Part shown: piece by piece, positions 41,010 to 49,744 of the stretch
How the letters are laid out: every line of letters starts with the position of its first letter
Position numbering within the stretch: position 1 is the first letter of the stretch
Source of the DNA: Acidobacteriota bacterium
GTDB lineage: Bacteria; Acidobacteriota; UBA890; WLXD01
Assembly (NCBI GenBank): GCA_965205505.1
Contig: CBDBHB010000009.1
Coordinates: forward strand, 1,856,001 to 1,920,000
DNA length: 64,000 nucleotides
Direction: 5' to 3'
Notes under the pieces: model-generated
Databases searched by the model: none
What the model saw: only the letters and a program-made list of their open reading frames with translations
What the model was told of the DNA's origin: nothing
Position numbers and translations under genes: made by a program

Positions 41010-41380
41010 TGACCCGCGAGGCAGGGGAACCGCTGTCGAGATGATCGGCAGAGGAAAGTCGGGACTCCACAGGGCGGCGCGCTGGGTAACCCCCAGCGGG
41101 GGAAACCCCGGGAAAGTGCCACAGAGAACAGACCGCCTGCGGCCTTCGGGCTGTCGGTAAGGGTGAAACGGTGGGGTAAGAGCCCACCAGTGTCGGGGGC
41201 GACCCCGGCAGCTAGGTAAACCCCGCGTGGAGCAAGGCCAAATAGGGAAGCGATGGGCTGGCCCGGCCCGGCTTCCGGGTAGGCTGCACGAGGCGTCGGG
41301 AGACCGGCGTCCCAGATTCATGGTTCCCAGCCTGGCTTCGGCCGGGTGAACAGAATCCCGCTTACTCGCCTCGCGGGTCA
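41010..41380 (+). ncRNA. rnpB: RNase P RNA, bacterial class A
   Basis: GAGGAAAGTCGGG, GAAAGTGCCACAGA, GGTGAAACGG..GGTAAGAGC, GGTAAACCCC..GAGCAAG, AACAGAATCCCGCTTA; P1 helix TGACCCGCGAGGC/GCCTCGCGGGTCA. Confidence 0.96.
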
Positions 41381-41499
41381 GCTCCGTAATCGTCAGGCGT
41401 GCCACACTTGCAGCACGGCCTGTTGCAGGCTGTTAGAGGCCACTTCTAAGAGAAGGCCTAGTTCGGTCAAGGGCAATGTGGTGGCCAGCGAAGAATCGA

Positions 41500-41640
41500 T
41501 CTGCACGCCATGCTCCTATTCGCACTCTGGTGGACGAGGATTCAGGTCGTCCGGTGCATTCTGGGGTCCGTCCCGATTCGAGGCGCTGCAATCTAGCTGC
41601 CGAGCTCGAAGCTCGTAGTGACCTTCGCAGTCGCCCGGAC
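41500..41640 (-). ncRNA. Putative bridge/seek RNA in the IS1111 3' non-coding region (boundaries approximate)
   Basis: Stem/internal-loop/stem at 41582-41635 whose loop strands AGGTCACT and CTAG match the insertion target. Confidence 0.72.
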
Positions 41641-41704
41641 CGGGCGGTCAGATCGATAACCGTTGGGTCGCGTCGCCCTACCGACCTCCTGGTTGCGGGT
41701 TAGT

Positions 41705-42748
41705 TCATGCTGCTGAAACCTCTACAGGTGCGCGCAACGGTTCGTACTCGTCTCCACTCAGCCACAGTCGGTGCAGCACAACGGCGAGCTTACGGGCGAC
41801 AGCAACTGCTGCCTTTTTGTTGCCATGAGGACCACCGCGTCCGGCCAGCTTGAGCCCCCAGCGTCTGAGCTCAGTATCGGGCCCGAAGGGGCCCAGGATG
41901 TAATGCGCCGAGCCCACCAACAGGCGTCGGAGCATTTTGTCGCCCGCCTTGGTTATTCGTAGCGCAGGGTCCTTGTCCCCCGACTGCCGTTTCTTCGGTC
42001 TCAGTCCCAGGTACGGGCCCACGGCTCTGGAGGTATTGAACCGTTCCGGCTCCTCGAGCGTCAGCACATACGCCAGTGCGGTCAGAGCTCCGACCCCGGC
42101 CACTTGCTGGAGCTGCTGTGTCTCCGGGTATCGCCCCTGGCACAGCTGCACGATCTGACGCTCGTATTGCTGGATGTTGCCCGTCAGCATGGCGATCGTT
42201 TCAAGCACCGGCTCGAGCGCTCCCTTGAGCCGCTCCGGTATGTGCTCTGGCGCGGTGCGCGCGAACGCCGGCGTCGAGCACCTGGGAATACGACAACCGG
42301 CCGACTTGACCGCACCACGCACATGGCTCACCAACTGCGTGCGGCTCTTTACCAGAGCATCTCGGCTCCGAATCACGGCTAGATCCGCTCGCGCTTGTCT
42401 GCCTCGATGCTGCACCGTCTTAAGCAGCTTTGGGTCCATTCTGCCCACTCGTGCCAGGTGCTCGGCATCCAACCGGTCGGTCCGTGCTCGCCATAGATCA
42501 GCTTCAGCCGCCTCGGGTTAGCCACCAGCACCTCATGACCCAGTTGCTTCAACTGCTCACTCATCCACGGCGAGTGCGTTCCAACCTCCAGCACTAACTC
42601 GAGCGGGCTCCTCGCACCCGAACCGCCTCGCCAGCCCCTCCGGGCTCGTCCTCACCCGCCCTTCCTCCATCACCCTGCCCTTACTGTCGAGCACGCACAT
42701 ACGGCTGTACCGGTCGCTTACGTCCAGTCCAATCGTTACACTCCTCAT
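41705..42748 (-). pseudogene. IS110-family DEDD recombinase, two frameshifts (~42595, ~42483)
   Basis: IGLDVS, VLEVG, TDRLDAEHLAR, VAGVGALTALAY, YLGLRP..RQSG, RITKAGD, VAVARKLAVVLH spread over three frames. Confidence 0.9.
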
Positions 42749-42845
42749 CGGCCAACCTCCTTGGGCTTCGAGCCCGTTACGTTTGAAGAAACGTTTGCAG
42801 AGCCGTCAGGCTACTGCGTTCAGGAGGTTGGCCTTCTCATCTCAT

Positions 42846-43292
42846 CTAGAAGGGGATGTCGTCATCGTTGATGGGGGCGTCGCCACCACCACCGCTACCG
42901 ACAGCGTCACCGTCAGCGCCGCCGCCCGCCGGGCCGGGGTCACCGTAGTCGCCGCCTCCACCACTAGCGGCGCGGCCGAGCAGCTGGATGTTATCGGCGA
43001 CGACCTCCGTCGTGTAGCGCGTGTTGCCGTCGCGATCCTCCCACTGGCGTGTCTGCAGACGACCCTCGATGTACAGCTGCTTCCCCTTGTTGGCGTACTG
43101 GTTCACGATTTCGGCCGTGCGTGCCCAAGCGACGCACCGGTGCCACTCCGTCTGCTCCTGCTGGTTGCCGTCGCGATCCTTGTACCGGCGGCTCGTGGCA
43201 AGCGAGAAGTTGGCCACGGCGGTGCCGCTTGCCGTGTAGCGCAGCTCGGGGTCTCTACCCACGTTTCCCAACAGGATGACCTTGTTAACCAT
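42846..43292 (-). CDS. ssb: Single-stranded DNA-binding protein
   Basis: VNKVILLGNVGRDPELRYT, TEWHR, IEGRLQTRQW, C-terminal DDDIPF. Confidence 0.97.
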   Translation of the reverse strand: MVNKVILLGNVGRDPELRYTASGTAVANFSLATSRRYKDRDGNQQEQTEWHRCVAWARTAEIVNQYANKGKQLYIEGRLQTRQWEDRDGNTRYTTEVVADNIQLLGRAASGGGGDYGDPGPAGGGADGDAVGSGGGGDAPINDDDIPF

Positions 43293-43444
43293 ATCGCCCC
43301 CTAAAAGTACCCGCTGTTAGGCGCCACGCGATGATGAGAAGGCCATGCGGCGCCGGAATTCCGAGCACGAAAGTGTCGACTCTGGCCGGGCTCCGCGCAA
43401 GTCGCAGCCGCGCGGTGTGCGTCGCTGACAAACCAAACTCCCGA

Positions 43445-43942
43445 TCAGCGCTTCTGCAGGATCACAGAAATCCCGGTATGGCCAATCCACCACTCAGTCG
43501 CGTTGCCCTGCAACGTGACCCTGACTTGCAGGTCGACGTTGCCTGGCGAGAACTCGTAGGGGACGGTCATGCTGGCCATCACCCACCCGTCGTCGTCGGT
43601 GGCGGTCTCGTTGCCGGAGCAGAAGGCATCGTCCGTGTTGTCACTCTGGCCGATCGTACTGCCGTTGACAATGATGTCGATTGAGACCCAGTCCGCCACA
43701 TCGCCCTCGACGCTGCATTCTGCACTGAATGTGATGACCCCGTGTCCGCTCCTGCCGACATTGAACTGCAGCGTGTCGCCCACGGCGTTGCCGTTGAGAT
43801 CGGTACCAAGATCGATCAGCGCGTCGGCGTTACCAAGCTGGTTGTCCAGGGAGGTAGCGCCGTAGATGCGAGTCGCTCAGCCCGCCGAGGCGAAGCACAG
43901 TACCAGGGTCAGCGACAGGCTGACCACCCCGAGTCTCTTCAT
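43445..43942 (-). pseudogene. Secreted beta-rich protein, paralog 1, in-frame TGA at codon 22
   Basis: MKRLGVVSLSLTLVLCFASAG*ATRIYGAT aligns with paralog MKRLPTL..SAAWAVRIFGAT; TGA at 43877-43879. Confidence 0.8.
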
Positions 43943-44157
43943 TAGGAGACCTCCTGCGCGTCGAGTTTCAGCAAACCGGTCCCAGTCTAGGCAACAGCAC
44001 AGTAAGCCGGCCCGCCACACCGCGAAACGAGAGTGACCGGACGGTAGTCCGTCACATCGATCGTCGCAAGGAGTTGGCTGGCCGTGTGCCGGCCGTGTCG
44101 GGCTCCAGCGGCGAATTGCACCGGGGCCGCGCGGTGAATCTCAGGCCGCCGCCCGCG

Positions 44158-44655
44158 TCAACGTTTCTGGACGAGGACCGTAAGCGCCAGGTCGCCGATC
44201 CACCACCCTGCGGCCCCCCCGGAGGGCGTCACCTGGATCTGCAGGTCGTAGTTGCCGGCAGCGAGCTCCACCGGGGCGGTCATGCTGGCCATCACCCACC
44301 CGTCGTTGAACCCGGCAAAGCCATTGCCCGAGCAGAACGTATCCTGATCGCCCCGGCTGGGCCTCAGAGCGTCGCCGTTTACGAGCAACTCGATGCTCAC
44401 CCATTGTTGCTCGGTGCCGTCGACGGCGCATTCGGCGGTGAAGGTGATGATGACCGCGCCGTCTTCCTTCAGATCGAAGGCGAGGGTGTTACCAATATCG
44501 TTGTCACCGATGTCCGCGCCCAAGTCCAGGAGGCTCTGGACGGTCCCCATCTGATTACCGGGGTTCGTGGCGCCGAAGATTCGCACTGCCCATGCGGCCG
44601 ACGCCATCGTCAGCACTAGGGCCATGGCCAGAGCCAGGGTTGGCAATCGCTTCAT
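44158..44655 (-). CDS. Secreted beta-rich protein of unknown function, paralog 2
   Basis: Signal peptide; shares AEC, WVSI, FCSGN, DGWVMASMT, WWIG and QKR-stop with paralog 1. Confidence 0.8.
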   Translation of the reverse strand: MKRLPTLALAMALVLTMASAAWAVRIFGATNPGNQMGTVQSLLDLGADIGDNDIGNTLAFDLKEDGAVIITFTAECAVDGTEQQWVSIELLVNGDALRPSRGDQDTFCSGNGFAGFNDGWVMASMTAPVELAAGNYDLQIQVTPSGGAAGWWIGDLALTVLVQKR

Positions 44656-44678
44656 AGGCGACGTCATCGTGGCGGCGA

Positions 44679-45518
44679 TCATTGCTCGCAAGTGCCGGGA
44701 CGCTGGAGACCTAGCACGCGCAGCTGGCCGCAGGCCAGGAACGCTGCGTCGCTGTCTCCGTACGCTTGAATCAGCCGTCGGAACGACTCTGCAGCGGCTC
44801 GCTCGCGGCCCTCTTCCTTGAGAATCAGCCCGTCGTTGAGCATGGCGTCGGGTACTAGCTCGCTGTTCGGATGGTCGCGGACCACCGACTGGAACGCCGT
44901 GTGAGCCGCCGAGAGCTGACCGCGCTCTCGCTCGCACATGCCGATCCAGTATCGGGCGTTGTCGGCGCGATCCGACGAGACGTAACGGCGCATGTACTCC
45001 TCAAACCCCTGCACGCACAGTTCCCAATTCTCTCGTAGGTAGTCGTTGTAGGCGCTATTGTACAGCGTGGTGGCGGCACTTTGCTGGGAAGCGGTTGGCT
45101 CCTCGGCAGTGGTCGCGAGGGCTCCACGCGGGGGCGGCATCGCGGTACCCGTGAGCGTCGCCTCGGAAGGGGGGCCGCCGCCGGCTGCGAGCTGCTCGGT
45201 GAGGCGTGCGATCCGTGCGTTCATTTCGGCCACCTCGGCTTCGAGGGCGGTGACCTCGCGTTCCACCGAGCGCAGGTCCTCGCCGCGGTCGGCGGATTGC
45301 GTGCGGAGCGGCTGCAGCGAATTGTCGAGCTCCTGCCGCACTTGTACCAGCCGAGCGGTGATGTTCTGCTGCGCGGTTTGCAGGTCGGCGACCTGCGCCT
45401 CCACGGCGGCCTGACGTGACTCGATGTTCGCGAGGCGCTGCTCGCCCGACGCGCAGGCGGAGGCAAGGGCAAGGAGTGCAACCGAGGAAACCAGCAAGCT
45501 CAGTCGTTTCATTTTCAC
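44679..45518 (-). CDS. cpoB: Tol-Pal associated TPR lipoprotein
   Basis: Lipobox, coiled coil, TPRs (LYNSAYNDY, ADNARYWIG, VPDAML); downstream of pal. Confidence 0.85.
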   Translation of the reverse strand: MKMKRLSLLVSSVALLALASACASGEQRLANIESRQAAVEAQVADLQTAQQNITARLVQVRQELDNSLQPLRTQSADRGEDLRSVEREVTALEAEVAEMNARIARLTEQLAAGGGPPSEATLTGTAMPPPRGALATTAEEPTASQQSAATTLYNSAYNDYLRENWELCVQGFEEYMRRYVSSDRADNARYWIGMCERERGQLSAAHTAFQSVVRDHPNSELVPDAMLNDGLILKEEGRERAAAESFRRLIQAYGDSDAAFLACGQLRVLGLQRPGTCEQ

Positions 45519-45596
45519 CCTTGCTTCCCGTGCCGCAGCCTCGAACAGAAACGGCGGGCGGGAGCTCGTCGCGCCCGCCCGCCGCTGCCGAACCTG

Positions 45597-46190
45597 TTAC
45601 TCGTTCGTCTGGCCTGCCGAGGTGGCCACGAACTCGCCGCGGCGGTTCTGCGACCAGTTCTGCTCACCCTCTCCCATAACCGCGGGGCGCTCTTCACCGT
45701 ACGAAACGATCTCGACGCGGTTGGCGCCGATGCCGAGCGAGACGATGTAGTCGCGCGTTGCCGCAGCGCGGCGGTCGCCGAGCGCGAGGTTGTACTCGCG
45801 CGTACCACGCTCGTCACAGTGGCCTTCGATCAGGACTGCGACGTCGGCATGCTCACGCAGCCAATCAGCGTTCGCCTGGAGCGTGGCCCGCTGGTCGCTG
45901 CGAATCTCATCCTTGTCGTAATCGAAGTAGATCGGCTTGAGCAGCCGGCGTCGGTTGATCTCCTCTGCCGACAAGAAGGTCTGCTCGGGAGCATCAGCCT
46001 CTTCCCAGTCGCCGGTCTGGGCTGGCTCAGTTGGGGCAGCCGGCGCGGCGGGGGCCGGAGCCTCCGGCATCGGCTCGGGTGTTGGCGCGGGCGGGGCGTT
46101 TTTGCTGCATGCGGGCAGTGCAACGACCACGGCCGCGAGCGCGATTAAAGCGAGTCGCTTCGCGGGGCTGGGCATCGTGGTTTCCTCCAT
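45597..46190 (-). CDS. pal: Peptidoglycan-associated lipoprotein
   Basis: LPAC lipobox, IYFDYDK, EGHCDERGTREYNLALGDRRA, SYGEERP, NRR. Confidence 0.96.
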   Translation of the reverse strand: MEETTMPSPAKRLALIALAAVVVALPACSKNAPPAPTPEPMPEAPAPAAPAAPTEPAQTGDWEEADAPEQTFLSAEEINRRRLLKPIYFDYDKDEIRSDQRATLQANADWLREHADVAVLIEGHCDERGTREYNLALGDRRAAATRDYIVSLGIGANRVEIVSYGEERPAVMGEGEQNWSQNRRGEFVATSAGQTNE

Positions 46191-46221
46191 GCGATGGCCG
46201 CGTTTCGTTAGGGGCGGGCCA

Positions 46222-47583
46222 TTAGGGGCGGGTTCCCCAAGTCGGGGTCAGATTGTTACCTGCGTTCGTCAGCATACGCTGCCGCGAGCCGTCAAAGCCC
46301 ATGGCCCAGATCTGTGTGCTGGGACCCTGAGCCCACTCGAAGGTCAGCTGTCGCCCATCGGGCGACCAGGCCGGTGCCTCCTTGCGGCCGCGACCGCGCG
46401 TTAGCTGATGGACGCGATCGGTCGTGAGATCGTACACGAAAATGTCGAAATTGTTACCACCAGTCGAGGCGGTAAAGGCGATAAGTTCGCCGCGCACCGG
46501 TTGCCACGCTGGATCGTCTTTTTGTCCTCCGGGTGCCGAGAGCCGTCGAGTGTTCAAGCCGGTGGCGTCCATCACGTAGAGCTGTTGGCTGCCGCTGCGG
46601 TCGGAGACGAACACCAATTGCCGCCCGTTCGGCGACCAACCGGGGGATACGTCGCTCGCCGGATTGCGCGTGATCTGCAGCATTCCCTCGCCGTTGGGCT
46701 TGATCACATGGATCTCGGAGTTGCCTCCGCAGCTAGAGGAAAAGGCAATCAGCGTACCGTCGGGGGAGAAAGCCGGGCCGTTGTTCATGCCCCGGCAGGT
46801 AACGAGGGGCCGCGGCTGACCGCCGGTGTTGAGAATGATGTGGACCTCGGCATTCGGAAAGCGGTCGCGCATCATGTAGGTCTGAAACGCGATCCGGTCC
46901 GACTGTGGCGAGAAGGATGGCGACAGCGAAATCGAGGAGTTGTAGGTGATGCGTCGCTGCCGCTCGCCATCGCAGTCCATCAGGTAGATCTCTTTTTGTG
47001 GCGTTCCTGCCGGTGCTTCGCGGTCCGAGACGAACGCGATATAGGAGTTTGCCACCCCCGGCACGCCCGTGTAATTGAGGGCCGTTTCGTCGTTGAACGT
47101 GTGCGCGATGCGCCGCACACGATACGCAGCGTCGGGAGCCGAGAGTCCCTCGGTAGATTGCGAGTAGCGCTTGCCGCTGATCTGTCGGCCGGTGTCGACG
47201 TCGAAGAGCCGGAAATCGGCCACCACGAGCGAGCCCTGCACGCTTACCGATCCCTGGATCAGTCCGCGGGCGTCGGTGCTTTTCCACGCCTGCCACGGTA
47301 TCGGCTCGTTGGGGGCAGCGCTCGGATAAACGCGGGGATCGACGAGATCGAACACCATGGAATTCTGCAGATCGTTCAGTAGGACGGCGTGAATGCGCTG
47401 AGCATGCTCGGCGGCGCCGCTTGCCGCCAGCAATGTCGGCACGGCGACCTTGATTGCGGGGGCGCCGCGTTGGCGGATCTCCAGCTGTACGTCTTGGTCT
47501 TGCGCCGATGCCGCACCGACTACGAGCAAGGACACGATGAGCGGCCACACTGAGTTTCTATTCCGTAACGAAGGCAAGCCCAA
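46222..47583 (-). CDS. tolB: TolB beta-propeller protein
   Basis: N-domain plus PD40 repeats (PAFSPDG, PGWSPNG, PAWSPDG). Confidence 0.92.
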   Translation of the reverse strand: MGLPSLRNRNSVWPLIVSLLVVGAASAQDQDVQLEIRQRGAPAIKVAVPTLLAASGAAEHAQRIHAVLLNDLQNSMVFDLVDPRVYPSAAPNEPIPWQAWKSTDARGLIQGSVSVQGSLVVADFRLFDVDTGRQISGKRYSQSTEGLSAPDAAYRVRRIAHTFNDETALNYTGVPGVANSYIAFVSDREAPAGTPQKEIYLMDCDGERQRRITYNSSISLSPSFSPQSDRIAFQTYMMRDRFPNAEVHIILNTGGQPRPLVTCRGMNNGPAFSPDGTLIAFSSSCGGNSEIHVIKPNGEGMLQITRNPASDVSPGWSPNGRQLVFVSDRSGSQQLYVMDATGLNTRRLSAPGGQKDDPAWQPVRGELIAFTASTGGNNFDIFVYDLTTDRVHQLTRGRGRKEAPAWSPDGRQLTFEWAQGPSTQIWAMGFDGSRQRMLTNAGNNLTPTWGTRP

Positions 47584-48382
47584 CTCCGAGTGATTGCCCG
47601 TCGTACTCGCGGGGCAGAGGAGGGAATGGAGCAGCGGCCGCGACGGCTCGCATGGCTGCTCGATCGAACGCGGTGTCGCCGGATCCGTCGTCCAATCGTG
47701 GCTGCACGACCAGGCGGCCGTTCCTACCGAGTCTGAAAAACACCTCGGCGCGACGCTGCAGCCCGTAGGGGCCGGTGGGCGGCGGTGACCACTGGGCTGC
47801 GATCAGGTCGCGAATCCGATAAAGGTAGTCGGCGAAGGGAAACTCCTCGACCGTGTAGCCGCTATCGCCGCTTTGGGTGACGTCGATTCCCGTGCGCCGC
47901 GCGTTTTGGCTCTGCGCCGGGGGACGTTGGCCGGCACGCTGTGGCTGTCGACGTGCCTCGTCCTCGCGACGGCGGCGCTCCTCTTCGGCGCGGCGCTGGC
48001 GTTCGAGCTCGGCTTGACGCTGCCGCTCCGCCTCTTCGCGGCGGAGCTGTTCCTCAGCCTCGCGCTCGCGCTGCAGCTCGGCCAGGCTGCGGGGAATGGG
48101 CTCGGGCTCACTGACCACCGGCTGTGCAGGTTCGGGCTCCGCCTCAGCCTCCTCCTGCGGGGCTTCGGCGGGCGTGGCGGGCTCGGCAGCTGGCGGCGGT
48201 AACTGGACGAGCCTCACCGGCGTGAAGCTCATGTCGTAGGCTGGTGCCGGGATGAGCATCGGGCCGAACAGCAGCGTCAGAAACAACGCCAAATGTGTGG
48301 CCGCAGAGCTGATGACGGCAGCGCGAAAGCGCTGCTCGATCACCTGCTCGCTCAATATGGTTTTCTGCTCGGCGTAGCTCAT
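47558..48382 (-). CDS. tolA: TolA/TonB family energy transducer
   Basis: TM with SxxxH, charged helical linker, C-terminal SGD..FDRAAMRAV..PFPPLP. Confidence 0.8.
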   Translation of the reverse strand: MSYAEQKTILSEQVIEQRFRAAVISSAATHLALFLTLLFGPMLIPAPAYDMSFTPVRLVQLPPPAAEPATPAEAPQEEAEAEPEPAQPVVSEPEPIPRSLAELQREREAEEQLRREEAERQRQAELERQRRAEEERRRREDEARRQPQRAGQRPPAQSQNARRTGIDVTQSGDSGYTVEEFPFADYLYRIRDLIAAQWSPPPTGPYGLQRRAEVFFRLGRNGRLVVQPRLDDGSGDTAFDRAAMRAVAAAAPFPPLPREYDGQSLGVGLAFVTE

Positions 48383-48435
48383 GCTGTTAGCTTAGCAAGC
48401 GGCCCGGGGTGGCCGCTCGGCCTGCACACTTCCAC

Positions 48436-48840
48436 CTAGCGGCGCGGGACGGGCTCGGTGACCAGGCCGATGTCGGCTCCCAGGCTCCAGAGAACCTCTA
48501 TGACCGCTACCACGCGCCCGTATTCGCCCGCCCGGTCGCCATACAGCAGAATCGTGCGCCCGGGCGTGATGCGGGGCGACAGGCGGGCTTCCAACTCTTC
48601 GAGCGGCACGGCATCGCCATTCACCAGGATCTGGCCCTGATCGGTGACCGAGATGAAGATCTGCTCTTGCGGAAGGCTGTCCATTATCTGGGTTCGTGGC
48701 AGCCGGACCTCCGCTCCTTGGATCATCATCGGTGCGGTGATCATGAAGACGATCAACAGCACCAGCGCGACGTCGACCAGCGGCGTAACGTTTATCTCCG
48801 AGAGGATGCGGTCATCTTCCTTGAACCAGCTCTGTTTCAT
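48436..48840 (-). CDS. tolR: TolR/ExbD
   Basis: EINVTPLVDVALVLLIVFMITAP. Confidence 0.9.
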   Translation of the reverse strand: MKQSWFKEDDRILSEINVTPLVDVALVLLIVFMITAPMMIQGAEVRLPRTQIMDSLPQEQIFISVTDQGQILVNGDAVPLEELEARLSPRITPGRTILLYGDRAGEYGRVVAVIEVLWSLGADIGLVTEPVPRR

Positions 48841-49553
48841 CGGCCGCGCTCCGCCTGCCAGGATTTCTGCACCACGTTGAGGAACTCGAGACCGAAATCC
48901 TCCATGTCGCCGCTAAGGCCACGAACGCGCGATAGCAGGTGGTTGTAGGCGATCACTGCAGGAATAGCAGCCGCGAGCCCGGCGGCGGTGGTGATCAACG
49001 CGGCGCTGATGCCGGGCGCGACGACGGCAAGATTGGCGTTGCCGAACCTGCCGATGCTCTCGAAGGCGTTCATGATGCCCCACACCGTGCCGAACAGGCC
49101 GATGAAGGGGGCGGCGGAGCTGGTGGTGGCGAGGAACAACATACCGCGTTCCAGTTGGCGACGCTGTTGATGCGCCGCGCGAGTAAGCGAGCGCTCGAGG
49201 GCCTCCATGTTCATGCGCGAGCTTCCGATTGGCTGGCCGGATTGCGCTGTGCCCTCGAGCTGCGACGAGATCTCACCGTACCCGGTGTCAAATACGCCCG
49301 CCAGAGGCGTGGTTACCAGCTTCTTGGCGGCAGTGCGCACCTGCGAGAACTTCGAGCTGGCGCGGAACACCTCGAGGAACTTGACAGTTTGCTTCTCTGC
49401 CTTTCGATACAGCAGGATGCGATCCACAATCACAGCCCACGAGAGAATCGAGAAGAAACCCAGTACCAGCAGCACTGCGAGGGCGAATGGACCCAGATTG
49501 CGAATGATGCCCAGGACGCCTTCGGACATGAAATCGGCCTGCAACAAGAACAA
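48837..49553 (-). CDS. tolQ: TolQ/ExbB proton channel
   Basis: APFIGLFGTVWGIM, APGISAALITTAAGLAAAIPAVIAYN. Confidence 0.92.
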   Translation of the reverse strand: MFLLQADFMSEGVLGIIRNLGPFALAVLLVLGFFSILSWAVIVDRILLYRKAEKQTVKFLEVFRASSKFSQVRTAAKKLVTTPLAGVFDTGYGEISSQLEGTAQSGQPIGSSRMNMEALERSLTRAAHQQRRQLERGMLFLATTSSAAPFIGLFGTVWGIMNAFESIGRFGNANLAVVAPGISAALITTAAGLAAAIPAVIAYNHLLSRVRGLSGDMEDFGLEFLNVVQKSWQAERGR

Positions 49554-49744
49554 AGATGTCCTCTCAGCGTTCCGAGGTCAGAAGAAGCGTCCGTTTGCCG
49601 AGCCCCCCAGCCGCACCGGACGGCATCAAGCTACCACGATGGTCTGTGTGTGTCATCAATGCGTATCAGCCGTCAGACCGGTCGCGGAACCGATCTTGGG
49701 TCTTCCGGTATATTTGCCGGGCCATCTCATCCCAGGTTCGACCC

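Larger units (their letters stand above)
41445..42847 (-). mobile_element. IS110-family element, IS1111 group
   Basis: Sub-terminal IRs AAGAGAAGGCC (41448-41458) and GGCCTTCTCAT (42830-42840), 3 and 7 nt from the ends; CT core at 41443-41444 and 42846-42847; long 3' non-coding region. Confidence 0.88.

Noticed and set aside
40818-41703. ORFs overlapping rnpB and the IS non-coding end
   Set aside because: Explained by RNase P RNA and the IS1111 non-coding region
43877-43879. Selenocysteine or genetic-code reassignment of TGA
   Set aside because: Aligns with Trp in a signal peptide, not Cys; TGA is used as a normal stop throughout the window
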